A stretch of 64,000 bases of DNA, taken from Escherichia coli (GTDB taxonomy: Bacteria > Pseudomonadota > Gammaproteobacteria > Enterobacterales > Enterobacteriaceae). Under the pieces are notes generated by a model. The model was not told the origin of the DNA. It saw nothing but the letters and a program-made list of their open reading frames with translations, and did no database searches. Position 1 is the first letter of the stretch. Every line of letters starts with the position of its first letter. This document shows positions 18,508 to 28,251 of the stretch, in pieces. The stretch lies in NCBI RefSeq assembly GCF_001677475.2, contig NZ_CP015229.1, one strand, 5' to 3'. The position numbers were made by a program, and so were the translations under genes.

Positions 18508-19497
18508 TTAAACCAGTTCGTTCGGGCAGGTTTCGCCTTTTTCCAGATTGCTTAAGTTTTGCAGCGTAGTCTGAGAAATACTGGTCAGAGCTTCTGCTGT
18601 CAGGAATGCCTGGTGCCCGGTAAACAGCACGTTGTGGCAGGCAGACAGGCGACGGAATACGTCATCCTGGATCACGTCGTTGGATTTATCTTCAAAGAAC
18701 AGATCGCGTTCGTTCTCATACACGTCCATACCCAACGAACCAATTTTCTGATTTTTCAGCGCTTCAATAGCCGCCTGAGAATCAATTAATGCACCGCGAC
18801 TGGTATTGACGATCATCACGCCATTTTTCATCTGATCGAAGGCGGCTTCGTTCAAAAGATGGTAGTTTTCCGGTATCAGTGGGCAGTGCAGAGAGATAAC
18901 GTCTGATTCAGAGAACAGGGTTGGCAGATCGACATACTCCACACCGAGTTCCAGCGCCGCCGCACTTGGATACGGATCGAACGCCAGCAGACGCATACCA
19001 AAACCTTTCAGAATGCGCAGCATCGCCACACCGATTTTACCGGTACCGATAACGCCTGCCGTTTTGCCATACATAGTAAAGCCGGTCAGACCTTCCAGAG
19101 AGAAGTTAGCGTCACGGGTACGCTGATACGCGCGGTGAATACGGCGGTTCAGCGTCATCATCATACCGATGGCGTGTTCAGCAACGGCCTCTGGATCATA
19201 GGCTGGAACACGGACTACTTTCAGCCCCAGTTCTTTTGCCGCGTCAAGGTCGACGTTGTTGAAACCGGCACAGCGCAGGGCGATATATTTAACGCCGTGC
19301 TTTTTCAGCTCTTCCAGCACCGGGCGGCTGCCGTCATCGTTTACGAAAATACATACCGCTTCGCAGCCATTGGCAGTTTTAGCGGTTTTTTCCGTCAGCA
19401 GAAAGTCAAAAAATTCCAGCTCAAAGCCAAAGGACTCGTTCACCTGTTGCAGGTACTTCTTGTCGTACTGTTTTGTGCTATAAACGGCGAGTTTCAT
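18508..19497 (-). CDS. ldhA: Fermentative D-lactate dehydrogenase (NAD-dependent)
   Basis: 329 aa D-2-hydroxyacid dehydrogenase with GxGxxG (GVIGTGKIG). Confidence 0.95.
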   Translation of the reverse strand: MKLAVYSTKQYDKKYLQQVNESFGFELEFFDFLLTEKTAKTANGCEAVCIFVNDDGSRPVLEELKKHGVKYIALRCAGFNNVDLDAAKELGLKVVRVPAYDPEAVAEHAIGMMMTLNRRIHRAYQRTRDANFSLEGLTGFTMYGKTAGVIGTGKIGVAMLRILKGFGMRLLAFDPYPSAAALELGVEYVDLPTLFSESDVISLHCPLIPENYHLLNEAAFDQMKNGVMIVNTSRGALIDSQAAIEALKNQKIGSLGMDVYENERDLFFEDKSNDVIQDDVFRRLSACHNVLFTGHQAFLTAEALTSISQTTLQNLSNLEKGETCPNELV

Positions 19498-19704
19498 AAG
19501 ACTTTCTCCAGTGATGTTGAATCACATTTAAGCTACTAAAAATATTTTACAAAATTTCAAATATAATTGAAAGCTATGGCGATATTGAAAAATTCATCAA
19601 CAACTATGCTTAGTGTAGGCGCAACCTTCAACTGAACGGTTAAACATGCCACAATACCCGTATTGAATGCTTAATTTTTCGCTAAATCAGGATATTAACT
19701 ACCC

Positions 19705-22344
19705 ATGCTGGGTAAATATAAAGCCGTTCTCGCGCTGTTATTACTGATTATTCTTGTGCCGTTGACGCTGCTGATGACGCTCGGGCTGTGGGTTCCCACG
19801 CTGGCGGGCATCTGGCTACCGCTCGGGACACGTATTGCATTAGATGAAAGCCCACGCATTACGCGTAAAGGTTTAATCATTCCCGATCTCCGTTATCTGG
19901 TGGGAGATTGTCAGCTTGCGCATATCACCAACGCCAGCCTTTCACATCCCAGCCGCTGGTTATTGAACGTCGGCACGGTAGAACTTGATTCAGCTTGTCT
20001 GGCGAAATTGCCGCAGACGGAGCAATCGCCAGCTGCTCCAAAAACCCTCGCGCAGTGGCAGGCCATGTTGCCTAACACCTGGATCAATATCGATAAACTG
20101 ATTTTTTCTCCCTGGCAGGAATGGCAGGGAAAACTTTCTCTCGCGTTAACCTCTGATATCCAGCAACTGCGTTATCAGGGCGAAAAAGTTAAATTTCAAG
20201 GCCAGTTGAAAGGGCAACAACTTACAGTCAGCGAACTGGATGTCGCCGCGTTTGAAAATCAGCCACCGGTAAAACTGGTGGGGGAATTTACTATGCCGCT
20301 CGTGCCGGATGGACTTCCTGTCAGTGGCCATGCTACTGCGACGTTAAACTTGCCGCAGGAACCGTCACTGGTGGATGCCGAGCTGGACTGGCAGGAAAAT
20401 AGCGGGCAATTGATTGTGCTGGCACGGGATAACGGCGATCCGTTGCTCGATTTGCCGTGGCAAATTACTCGTCAACAATTGACCGTAAGCGATGGTCGCT
20501 GGAGCTGGCCGTATGCAGGTTTTCCTTTGAGTGGCCGACTGGGTGTCAAAGTCGACAACTGGCAGGCAGGGCTTGAGAACGCTCTGGTCAGCGGACGACT
20601 GAGTGTGCTGACCCAGGGGCAAGCGGGTAAGGGCAACGCGGTGCTTAATTTTGGCCCAGGAAAATTAAGTATGGATAACAGCCAGCTGCCTTTGCAGCTG
20701 ACCGGTGAAGCGAAACAGGCGGACCTCATTTTATATGCCCGCTTACCCGCGCAGCTAAGCGGAAGTCTGACTGACCCAACGCTGGCCTTTGAGCCAGGCG
20801 CGTTATTACGTTCGAAGGGAAGAGTCATCGATTCGCTGGACATCGATGAAATCCGTTGGCCATTAGCGGGTGTAAAAGTCACCCAACGTGGTGTTGACGG
20901 ACGTTTGCAGGCCATTTTGCAGGCGCATGAAAATGAACTGGGCGATTTCGTGCTGCATATGGATGGGCTGGCGAATGATTTTCTCCCTGACGCTGGCCGC
21001 TGGCAGTGGCGCTACTGGGGAAAAGGGAGTTTTACACCGATGAATGCCACCTGGGATGTCGCAGGAAAAGGTGAGTGGCATGACAGCACGATTACGCTGA
21101 CCGATCTCTCCACCGGTTTCGACCAGTTACAATACGGTACGATGACGGTAGAAAAGCCGCGATTAATTCTCGACAAGCCCGTCGTCTGGGTACGTGACGC
21201 ACAGCATCCCTCCTTCAGCGGCGCGCTGTCACTGGACGCCGGGCAAACGCTGTTCACTGGCGGCAGTGTGTTACCGCCATCAACCTTAAAATTTAGCGTC
21301 GATGGACGCGAACCGACGTATTTCCTCTTTAAAGGCGATTTACATGCTGGTGAGATTGGCCCGGTTCGGGTAAATGGTCGCTGGGACGGTATTCGTCTGC
21401 GCGGTAACGCCTGGTGGCCTAAACAATCACTGACTGTATTCCAGCCGCTGGTGCCACCCGACTGGAAGATGAACTTACGCGATGGCGAACTGTATGCTCA
21501 GGTCGCATTTTCTGCTGCGCCTGAACAAGGATTCCGCGCGGGAGGGCACGGTGTGTTGAAAGGCGGTAGTGCCTGGATGCCAGATAATCAGGTTAACGGT
21601 GTCGATTTTGTCCTGCCTTTCCGTTTTGCCGATGGAGCCTGGCATCTGGGGACTCGCGGCCCCGTTACGTTGCGAATTGCCGAAGTGATTAATCTGGTGA
21701 CAGCGAAAAATATTACGGCTGATTTGCAAGGGCGCTATCCGTGGACAGAAGAAGAACCATTGCTGTTGACTGATGTTAGCGTCGATGTGTTAGGCGGTAA
21801 CGTGCTGATGAAACAATTACGTATGCCGCAACATGACCCGGCGCTGTTGCGGCTGAATAATCTCTCATCCAGCGAACTGGTTAGCGCCGTCAATCCGAAA
21901 CAATTCGCCATGTCCGGGGCATTTAGTGGTGCATTGCCGTTATGGCTAAACAACGAAAAATGGATAGTGAAAGATGGTTGGCTGGCAAATAGCGGGCCAA
22001 TGACCTTGCGGCTGGATAAAGACACCGCAGATGCGGTGGTGAAAGACAATATGACTGCGGGTTCAGCAATTAACTGGTTGCGCTATATGGAAATTAGCCG
22101 TTCATCGACAAATATTAATTTAGATAATCTCGGTTTATTAACCATGCAGGCCAACATTACAGGTACCAGTCGCGTTGATGGTAAAAGCGGTACGGTAAAC
22201 CTTAATTACCATCATGAAGAGAATATTTTTACGCTGTGGCGCAGTTTACGCTTTGGCGATAATCTCCAGGCATGGTTGGAGCAGAACGCACGTCTGCCGG
22301 GAAATGACTGTCCGCAAGGAAAAGAGTGTGAGGAAAAACAATGA
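19705..22344 (+). CDS. ydbH: AsmA/TamB-like envelope protein YdbH
   Basis: 879 aa with N-terminal TM segment; K-12 synteny. Confidence 0.9.
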   Translation: MLGKYKAVLALLLLIILVPLTLLMTLGLWVPTLAGIWLPLGTRIALDESPRITRKGLIIPDLRYLVGDCQLAHITNASLSHPSRWLLNVGTVELDSACLAKLPQTEQSPAAPKTLAQWQAMLPNTWINIDKLIFSPWQEWQGKLSLALTSDIQQLRYQGEKVKFQGQLKGQQLTVSELDVAAFENQPPVKLVGEFTMPLVPDGLPVSGHATATLNLPQEPSLVDAELDWQENSGQLIVLARDNGDPLLDLPWQITRQQLTVSDGRWSWPYAGFPLSGRLGVKVDNWQAGLENALVSGRLSVLTQGQAGKGNAVLNFGPGKLSMDNSQLPLQLTGEAKQADLILYARLPAQLSGSLTDPTLAFEPGALLRSKGRVIDSLDIDEIRWPLAGVKVTQRGVDGRLQAILQAHENELGDFVLHMDGLANDFLPDAGRWQWRYWGKGSFTPMNATWDVAGKGEWHDSTITLTDLSTGFDQLQYGTMTVEKPRLILDKPVVWVRDAQHPSFSGALSLDAGQTLFTGGSVLPPSTLKFSVDGREPTYFLFKGDLHAGEIGPVRVNGRWDGIRLRGNAWWPKQSLTVFQPLVPPDWKMNLRDGELYAQVAFSAAPEQGFRAGGHGVLKGGSAWMPDNQVNGVDFVLPFRFADGAWHLGTRGPVTLRIAEVINLVTAKNITADLQGRYPWTEEEPLLLTDVSVDVLGGNVLMKQLRMPQHDPALLRLNNLSSSELVSAVNPKQFAMSGAFSGALPLWLNNEKWIVKDGWLANSGPMTLRLDKDTADAVVKDNMTAGSAINWLRYMEISRSSTNINLDNLGLLTMQANITGTSRVDGKSGTVNLNYHHEENIFTLWRSLRFGDNLQAWLEQNARLPGNDCPQGKECEEKQ

Positions 22345-22526
22345 AAATTTTACTGGCTGCGTTGACGTCATCTTTTATGCTGGTTGGCTGTACGCCTCGC
22401 ATTGAAGTCGCTGCACCTAAGGAACCGATCACTATCAATATGAACGTTAAAATTGAGCATGAGATCATCATCAAGGCAGACAAAGATGTTGAAGAGCTGC
22501 TTGAAACTCGTAGCGATCTTTTTTGA
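22341..22526 (+). CDS. ynbE: Small lipoprotein YnbE
   Basis: 61 aa, lipobox LVGC; start overlaps ydbH stop (ATGA). Confidence 0.8.
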   Translation: MKILLAALTSSFMLVGCTPRIEVAAPKEPITINMNVKIEHEIIIKADKDVEELLETRSDLF

Positions 22527-22533
22527 GGTGATG

Positions 22534-22860
22534 ATGAAAAGAACATTGCTTCTTTGTGCATTTCTTGTTGGGCTGGTAAGCAGCAATGTAATGGCATTGA
22601 CTCTGGATGAAGCCAGAACTCAGGGGCGGGTAGGTGAAACATTTTATGGTTATCTGGTTGCGCTGAAAACGGATGCTGAAACAGAGAAATTAGTAACCGA
22701 AATTAATGCCGAACGTAAAGCGAGTTACCAACAACTGGCAAAGCAAAATAATGTGTCTGTAGATGATATCGCGAAACTCGCCGGGCAAAAGCTCGTAGCT
22801 CGGGCCAAACCGGGGGAATATGTACAAGGGATAAACGGTAAATGGGTGCGAAAATTTTAA
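22534..22860 (+). CDS. ydbL: Periplasmic protein YdbL (DUF1318)
   Basis: 108 aa from MKRTLLLCAFLVGL... with signal peptide; the 135-aa ORF-track start overlapping ynbE is rejected. Confidence 0.8.
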   Translation: MKRTLLLCAFLVGLVSSNVMALTLDEARTQGRVGETFYGYLVALKTDAETEKLVTEINAERKASYQQLAKQNNVSVDDIAKLAGQKLVARAKPGEYVQGINGKWVRKF

Positions 22861-23031
22861 TAGCAAAACCGCAATATCGGGATAACGCTACAGGAGAAAG
22901 CGATTGATCTATTTTCATGAAACAAGTTGAATATTCAAAAACTCCTGTCAAATTGCCTTTCGCCCTGAAAAATGCATAGTCAACTATCTGTTTTAACTAA
23001 TTGGCGTTGCAGTACACACAACGCGAATTAG

Positions 23032-23937
23032 TTAGCGGAATTTACGTCGATACTCGCCTGGCGTCATCCCAAAGCGTTGCTTAAATACCGTTGAAAAATG
23101 ACTCTGGTCAGAAAATCCCCAATGAAAGCCGATGCCTGCCAGTTTTTCATCATCTGCGGCATGGCGAATCGCATCTGCACAAAAATCGAGACGACGGTTA
23201 CGAATATATTGCGCGACTACCAAACCTTTATCGGCAAACATTCGGTACAAACTACGTACTGACATACCTGTCTCTCCGGCTATCCACTCCGGGCGTAATA
23301 TCTCTTCGCGAATATTATCGTCTATCAACGTAACCACTTTTTGAAACTGACGTTCACGGCGAGGTTGGACAGATTCCCGCTGATGAAGTACTGGGCGAAG
23401 CAGACACACCATCGCCTGTAGCGCAGCTTCACTTTCTGTTTCAGAAAGTGCCGGATTATTCATGCTCTCCTGTAACAGGCGATGACTGAGTTGCACCATG
23501 GGTAAGTCAGCGTCCAGTCTTTCTGCGCAGACAGGTTTTTGATGGGGAAAATATTGTTCCAGCAGAGTGCGTGGCAAAAGTAATGAAATCTGTTTAGAAG
23601 ACTCCTGCCAGTAAAGCGAACAGGGGCGTGAGGCATCGAGTAACGTAATATCGCCAGCGCCAATCTGCACCTGACGCTCATCCTGCTCCATTATTGCCTG
23701 ACCACTAAGCTGAAAAACGGTGTAAAACCAGGCATCGTCGCTGCCTTTTATTTCCTGCCAGGTGCGGGATAAATTCACCCCGCTGGTTGTCACGGTACTC
23801 AGCTTTAGTCCTTTGGCAAAATGCGTATCCAGTACACCCGTGTAACGCTCAGTCAGCAGGCGTCCGGTAAAATTTCCGCATACCTGATTGATTTGGGAAA
23901 GCCATTGCTGAAACTCATTATCCACTGCGGGGTTCAT
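23032..23937 (-). CDS. feaR: AraC-family transcriptional activator of feaB/tynA
   Basis: 301 aa with C-terminal AraC-type HTH. Confidence 0.9.
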   Translation of the reverse strand: MNPAVDNEFQQWLSQINQVCGNFTGRLLTERYTGVLDTHFAKGLKLSTVTTSGVNLSRTWQEIKGSDDAWFYTVFQLSGQAIMEQDERQVQIGAGDITLLDASRPCSLYWQESSKQISLLLPRTLLEQYFPHQKPVCAERLDADLPMVQLSHRLLQESMNNPALSETESEAALQAMVCLLRPVLHQRESVQPRRERQFQKVVTLIDDNIREEILRPEWIAGETGMSVRSLYRMFADKGLVVAQYIRNRRLDFCADAIRHAADDEKLAGIGFHWGFSDQSHFSTVFKQRFGMTPGEYRRKFR

Positions 23938-24172
23938 GGCACGTTTTCGCTCTGTGAAATGTATTTTTATTGTTGCATTTGTGTTGCAATAAACGAAGCT
24001 AATGAGCCTGACTATAGGAAATAAGTCTTGTCAGGCATAGAGACATAAGCGGTTATTGTCACGATTTGCGGAGCTTGTCACAGCTGACAAAGCGAATGTC
24101 ACAGCGAAAAAAGTGACTTTTCTTGTCGCTGCGTACACTGAAATCACACTGGGTAAATAATAAGGAAAAGTG

Positions 24173-25672
24173 ATGACAGAGCCGCATGTAGCAGTATTAA
24201 GCCAGGTCCAACAGTTTCTCGATCGTCAACACGGTCTTTATATTGATGGTCGTCCTGGCCCCGCACAAAGTGAAAAACGGTTGGCGATCTTTGATCCGGC
24301 CACCGGGCAAGAAATTGCGTCTACTGCTGATGCCAACGAAGCGGATGTAGATAACGCAGTCATGTCTGCCTGGCGGGCCTTTGTTTCGCGTCGCTGGGCC
24401 GGGCGATTACCCGCAGAGCGTGAACGTATTCTGCTACGTTTTGCTGATCTGGTGGAGCAGCACAGTGAGGAGCTGGCGCAACTGGAAACCCTGGAGCAAG
24501 GCAAGTCAATTGCCATTTCCCGTGCTTTTGAAGTGGGCTGTACGCTGAACTGGATGCGTTATACCGCCGGGTTAACGACCAAAATCGCGGGTAAAACGCT
24601 GGACTTGTCGATTCCCTTACCCCAGGGGGCGCGTTATCAGGCCTGGACGCGTAAAGAGCCGGTTGGCGTGGTAGCGGGAATTGTGCCATGGAACTTTCCG
24701 TTGATGATTGGCATGTGGAAGGTGATGCCAGCACTGGCAGCAGGCTGTTCAATCGTGATTAAGCCTTCGGAAACCACGCCACTGACGATGTTGCGCGTGG
24801 CGGAACTGGCCAGCGAGGCTGGTATCCCTGATGGCGTTTTTAATGTCGTCACCGGGGCCGGTGCTGTATGCGGCGCGGCCCTGACGTCACATCCTCATGT
24901 TGCGAAAATCAGTTTTACCGGTTCAACCGCGACGGGAAAAGGTATTGCCAGAACTGCTGCTGATCGCTTAACGCGTGTAACGCTGGAACTGGGCGGTAAA
25001 AACCCGGCAATTGTATTAAAAGATGCTGATCCGCAATGGGTTATTGAAGGCTTGATGACCGGAAGCTTCCTGAATCAGGGGCAAGTATGCGCCGCCAGTT
25101 CGCGAATTTATATTGAAGCGCCGTTGTTTGACACGCTGGTTAGTGGATTTGAGCAGGCGGTAAAATCGTTGCAAGTGGGACCGGGGATGTCACCTGTTGC
25201 ACAGATTAACCCTTTGGTTTCTCGTGCGCACTGCGACAAAGTGCGTTCATTCCTTGACGATGCGCAGGCACAGCAAGCAGAACTGATTCGCGGGTCGAGT
25301 GGACCAGCCGGAGAGGGGTATTATGTTGCGCCAACGCTGGTGGTTAATCCCGATGCTAAATTGCGCTTAACTCGTGAAGAGGTGTTTGGTCCGGTGGTTA
25401 ACCTGGTGCGAGTAGCAGATGGAGAAGAGGCGTTACAACTGGCAAACGACACGGAATATGGCTTAACTGCCAGTGTCTGGACGCAAAATCTCTCCCGGGC
25501 TCTGGAATATAGCGATCGCTTACAGGCAGGGACGGTGTGGGTAAACAGCCATACCTTAATTGACGCTAACTTACCGTTTGGTGGGATGAAGCAGTCAGGA
25601 ACAGGCCGTGATTTTGGCCCCGACTGGCTGGACGGTTGGTGTGAAACTAAGTCGGTGTGTGTACGGTATTAA
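24173..25672 (+). CDS. feaB: Phenylacetaldehyde dehydrogenase
   Basis: 499 aa aldehyde dehydrogenase (catalytic Cys in QGQVCAA); ATG 24173 after SD AAGGAAAA. Confidence 0.95.
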   Translation: MTEPHVAVLSQVQQFLDRQHGLYIDGRPGPAQSEKRLAIFDPATGQEIASTADANEADVDNAVMSAWRAFVSRRWAGRLPAERERILLRFADLVEQHSEELAQLETLEQGKSIAISRAFEVGCTLNWMRYTAGLTTKIAGKTLDLSIPLPQGARYQAWTRKEPVGVVAGIVPWNFPLMIGMWKVMPALAAGCSIVIKPSETTPLTMLRVAELASEAGIPDGVFNVVTGAGAVCGAALTSHPHVAKISFTGSTATGKGIARTAADRLTRVTLELGGKNPAIVLKDADPQWVIEGLMTGSFLNQGQVCAASSRIYIEAPLFDTLVSGFEQAVKSLQVGPGMSPVAQINPLVSRAHCDKVRSFLDDAQAQQAELIRGSSGPAGEGYYVAPTLVVNPDAKLRLTREEVFGPVVNLVRVADGEEALQLANDTEYGLTASVWTQNLSRALEYSDRLQAGTVWVNSHTLIDANLPFGGMKQSGTGRDFGPDWLDGWCETKSVCVRY

Positions 25673-25690
25673 TCTGGTTCGCTCATAAGT

Positions 25691-25719
25691 AAAAAACGGC
25701 ACCTGGTGCCGTTTTTTTA
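25691..25719. terminator. Bidirectional rho-independent terminator between convergent feaB and tynA
   Basis: AAAACGGCACC-T-GGTGCCGTTTT flanked by A-run and T-run. Confidence 0.8.
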
Positions 25720-25730
25720 GTCTGAAACAA

Positions 25731-28004
25731 TCACTTATCTTTCTTTAGCGCCCCTAGCGTTGGCGTTTCGTCAAAGAAGTTCCATGGTTTAAGCAGAGTA
25801 TGTACCCATTCGGTCGGCATAATCGGCCACTCTTCGGCGCGGGCCACATGTGTGGTGCCGGTGGTCATCCAGACAACGGCGTCGGTGTTGTCCAGCGACT
25901 CGTTATCTTTACTGTATTGTTCAAGACCGGTGTCATGAGTAGAACGGTTCGGATATTTGCCTTCCGGGAAACGCTCGCCAGGATGATAACGCGTTACCCA
26001 GAGCTGCTTGTCCATAAAGCTTAAACGATGATAGATCCACTCGTCCGGCGCGAACTGGGCACCTTTTGCTACCGGGTGAGTACCACCTGCATAAGGAATA
26101 ATTTGATAGGAAACCGGATTGCCCATGCGATTCTCTTTGTTCAGGTTACTCAACAGACGAATCGTGCCCGGATCAAACTTCTGCGCGGCATCCTGTTCAT
26201 TGCCGATGTTGTAGTGATTAACTTGCATGGTACTGGTGCGTGGGCCACCGGCAGTGTTCGGTTTTACCACTGGGTCCATCGCCACCAGGCTGTTATTCTC
26301 GCCATCTACATCCAGATCGAGGCGGAAATTATAAATATGTTGGTGTGTAGTACCCACGATATTGTGATCGATAAGCGTGCCGTAGCGCGTGTCATCTTTC
26401 GCCGTCTCATCGTGCATGGTTTTCGCTTTAACACCTTTCACCGCTTCGATGCCCGTAGCCCCGGCATCAATGCCAATAGTGCCGTTTTCATGGAAGATCC
26501 AGTCAAAAATGTAGTCATAGTTACCCACTGTACTGATCCAGCGCACCACTAACTCCCGGCGTTCGGTACTGACGTTGGGCTGGCCCATTTCCTGATGCTT
26601 ATACTCCGGCCCGGCATAACGTTCAAATACCGCGATAGCGCGAGGGATCTCAATCGGCACGCCAGTGTAGTCGGCGATGGTTTCATTAAGGAGCACTGCG
26701 TTAGACGGGGCATCTTTACCACGAGCAATTGGTGAGGTTAGCGTGCCCATACCGTAGTCACCAGAGTCCAGATACGCTTTAAAGTACCAGCCAATATCAG
26801 GATCACCGTAAGGCACAATCATGCCGCCGAGAGAACCTTCGTACATGACTTTGCGTTTGGTGCCATTGTCGTTATAAGTCACGGTGGAGATCATCGGCCC
26901 GACGCGAGAGTTCATGCTGAGGTGAAAATCCCAGTTACGCCAGTGAATCATATCGCCAGTAATGGTGTAATTTTTACCTTCAGGCTCGATGATTTGCATA
27001 GGTTTAACTGCCGGAGCAACGCGGTCACGGCCATCAAATGGGCGTGCGGTCATTGGCACCGGAACTACCGGACCTTCTTCAATCTTAACGATTTTTTTCT
27101 GTTCTAAGTCAACGACCGCCACCAGGTTTTCGATGGGATGTGCCCAGTAGTTACCATCACCGACATCAAGATAGCTGATGACTTTGAGCAACCGGGCATC
27201 TTGTTTCAGGCCATCTTTACCATCGAAATAACCTACGGTCAGCGGCGTGGTAATCACTTTCTTCGCATCAGTAATACCGCGCTTCTTCACGGCAGCGGCA
27301 AATTCTTCACTGTTGTTAATAATGTTCTGCACACTGGCGAAATCATCCAGCAACACCATACCGTGGGCGTCTTTAATGGGTTGCCAGGAGAGCAGTTTGT
27401 TGTTTTGCAGATCCACCACCGCTTCGATGATATGTTTGCCGTCGAGCATAATGACGTCGGCTTTGCGTGGCTGGTCAACTGGTTTGTTTTCGAGCGCAAA
27501 CGCCCAGACAGCTTCTTTATCTGGCGGTAGCAGGGAGATCTCAGTAAAACGGGTATTGCGTTTGAAGTCCGCGGAAGCTTTAACAATTTCAACGGTCTGT
27601 TTAATTTCGTCCGCAGTTAGCGCATTAAGTGGGTGAGGGCGCTTTTCTACCTGAAAGGTTTGATCCAGCCCGGATTGGAAAACATCGTTAATAAAGGTGT
27701 CAGAAACCCAGGCTTTATTGTCTTTCATCACTACCGGTACTTGCAGTGCCAGAGGCTGACCATTAACAATTGCTGTTTGCGCACCAGGCTTCACTTTCAC
27801 GTACGCGCCATCTTTAATCAGAGTAAAGATCTGGGCGTAGTCGTCCCACTGTACATCGGCACCAAATTCTTTAAGCGTTTTATCCATTGGCACCATATGC
27901 GCTTCACCACCGTGGGCAAATACCGGCGCTTGCCAGGCGAAACTTAAGGCGACTGCCAACGCCAGGGCTGTTTTACGGGCAGAATACAGAGAGGGGCTTC
28001 CCAT
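25731..28004 (-). CDS. tynA: Periplasmic copper/topaquinone amine oxidase
   Basis: 757 aa from MGSPSLYSARK... (SD GAGG upstream); the ORF-track start at 28040 is rejected. Confidence 0.95.
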   Translation of the reverse strand: MGSPSLYSARKTALALAVALSFAWQAPVFAHGGEAHMVPMDKTLKEFGADVQWDDYAQIFTLIKDGAYVKVKPGAQTAIVNGQPLALQVPVVMKDNKAWVSDTFINDVFQSGLDQTFQVEKRPHPLNALTADEIKQTVEIVKASADFKRNTRFTEISLLPPDKEAVWAFALENKPVDQPRKADVIMLDGKHIIEAVVDLQNNKLLSWQPIKDAHGMVLLDDFASVQNIINNSEEFAAAVKKRGITDAKKVITTPLTVGYFDGKDGLKQDARLLKVISYLDVGDGNYWAHPIENLVAVVDLEQKKIVKIEEGPVVPVPMTARPFDGRDRVAPAVKPMQIIEPEGKNYTITGDMIHWRNWDFHLSMNSRVGPMISTVTYNDNGTKRKVMYEGSLGGMIVPYGDPDIGWYFKAYLDSGDYGMGTLTSPIARGKDAPSNAVLLNETIADYTGVPIEIPRAIAVFERYAGPEYKHQEMGQPNVSTERRELVVRWISTVGNYDYIFDWIFHENGTIGIDAGATGIEAVKGVKAKTMHDETAKDDTRYGTLIDHNIVGTTHQHIYNFRLDLDVDGENNSLVAMDPVVKPNTAGGPRTSTMQVNHYNIGNEQDAAQKFDPGTIRLLSNLNKENRMGNPVSYQIIPYAGGTHPVAKGAQFAPDEWIYHRLSFMDKQLWVTRYHPGERFPEGKYPNRSTHDTGLEQYSKDNESLDNTDAVVWMTTGTTHVARAEEWPIMPTEWVHTLLKPWNFFDETPTLGALKKDK

Positions 28005-28251
28005 TATTAACCTCGTCAGATGTTGTGTTCTTGTTAGCAACCGCGCTCTGTGGGCGGTTTAGTCAGGTTCACATTATCAGTACTGATGTAAAGGGGATTG
28101 CCTGCACCTGCCAGGTTGTTTGGCAGTTGTGCCAGCTTTTCATACAGTGGGTGCCTTGAAAATAGATGTACACACCATGCATAATGTGACAACGTCACAG
28201 AATTTAGTGAAATAAAAGGGCAACTATTCGCCGTTGCCCTTCATTCACCGA

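Noticed and set aside
26028-26552. 174-aa plus-strand ORF inside tynA
   Set aside because: Antisense to the conserved copper amine oxidase ORF.
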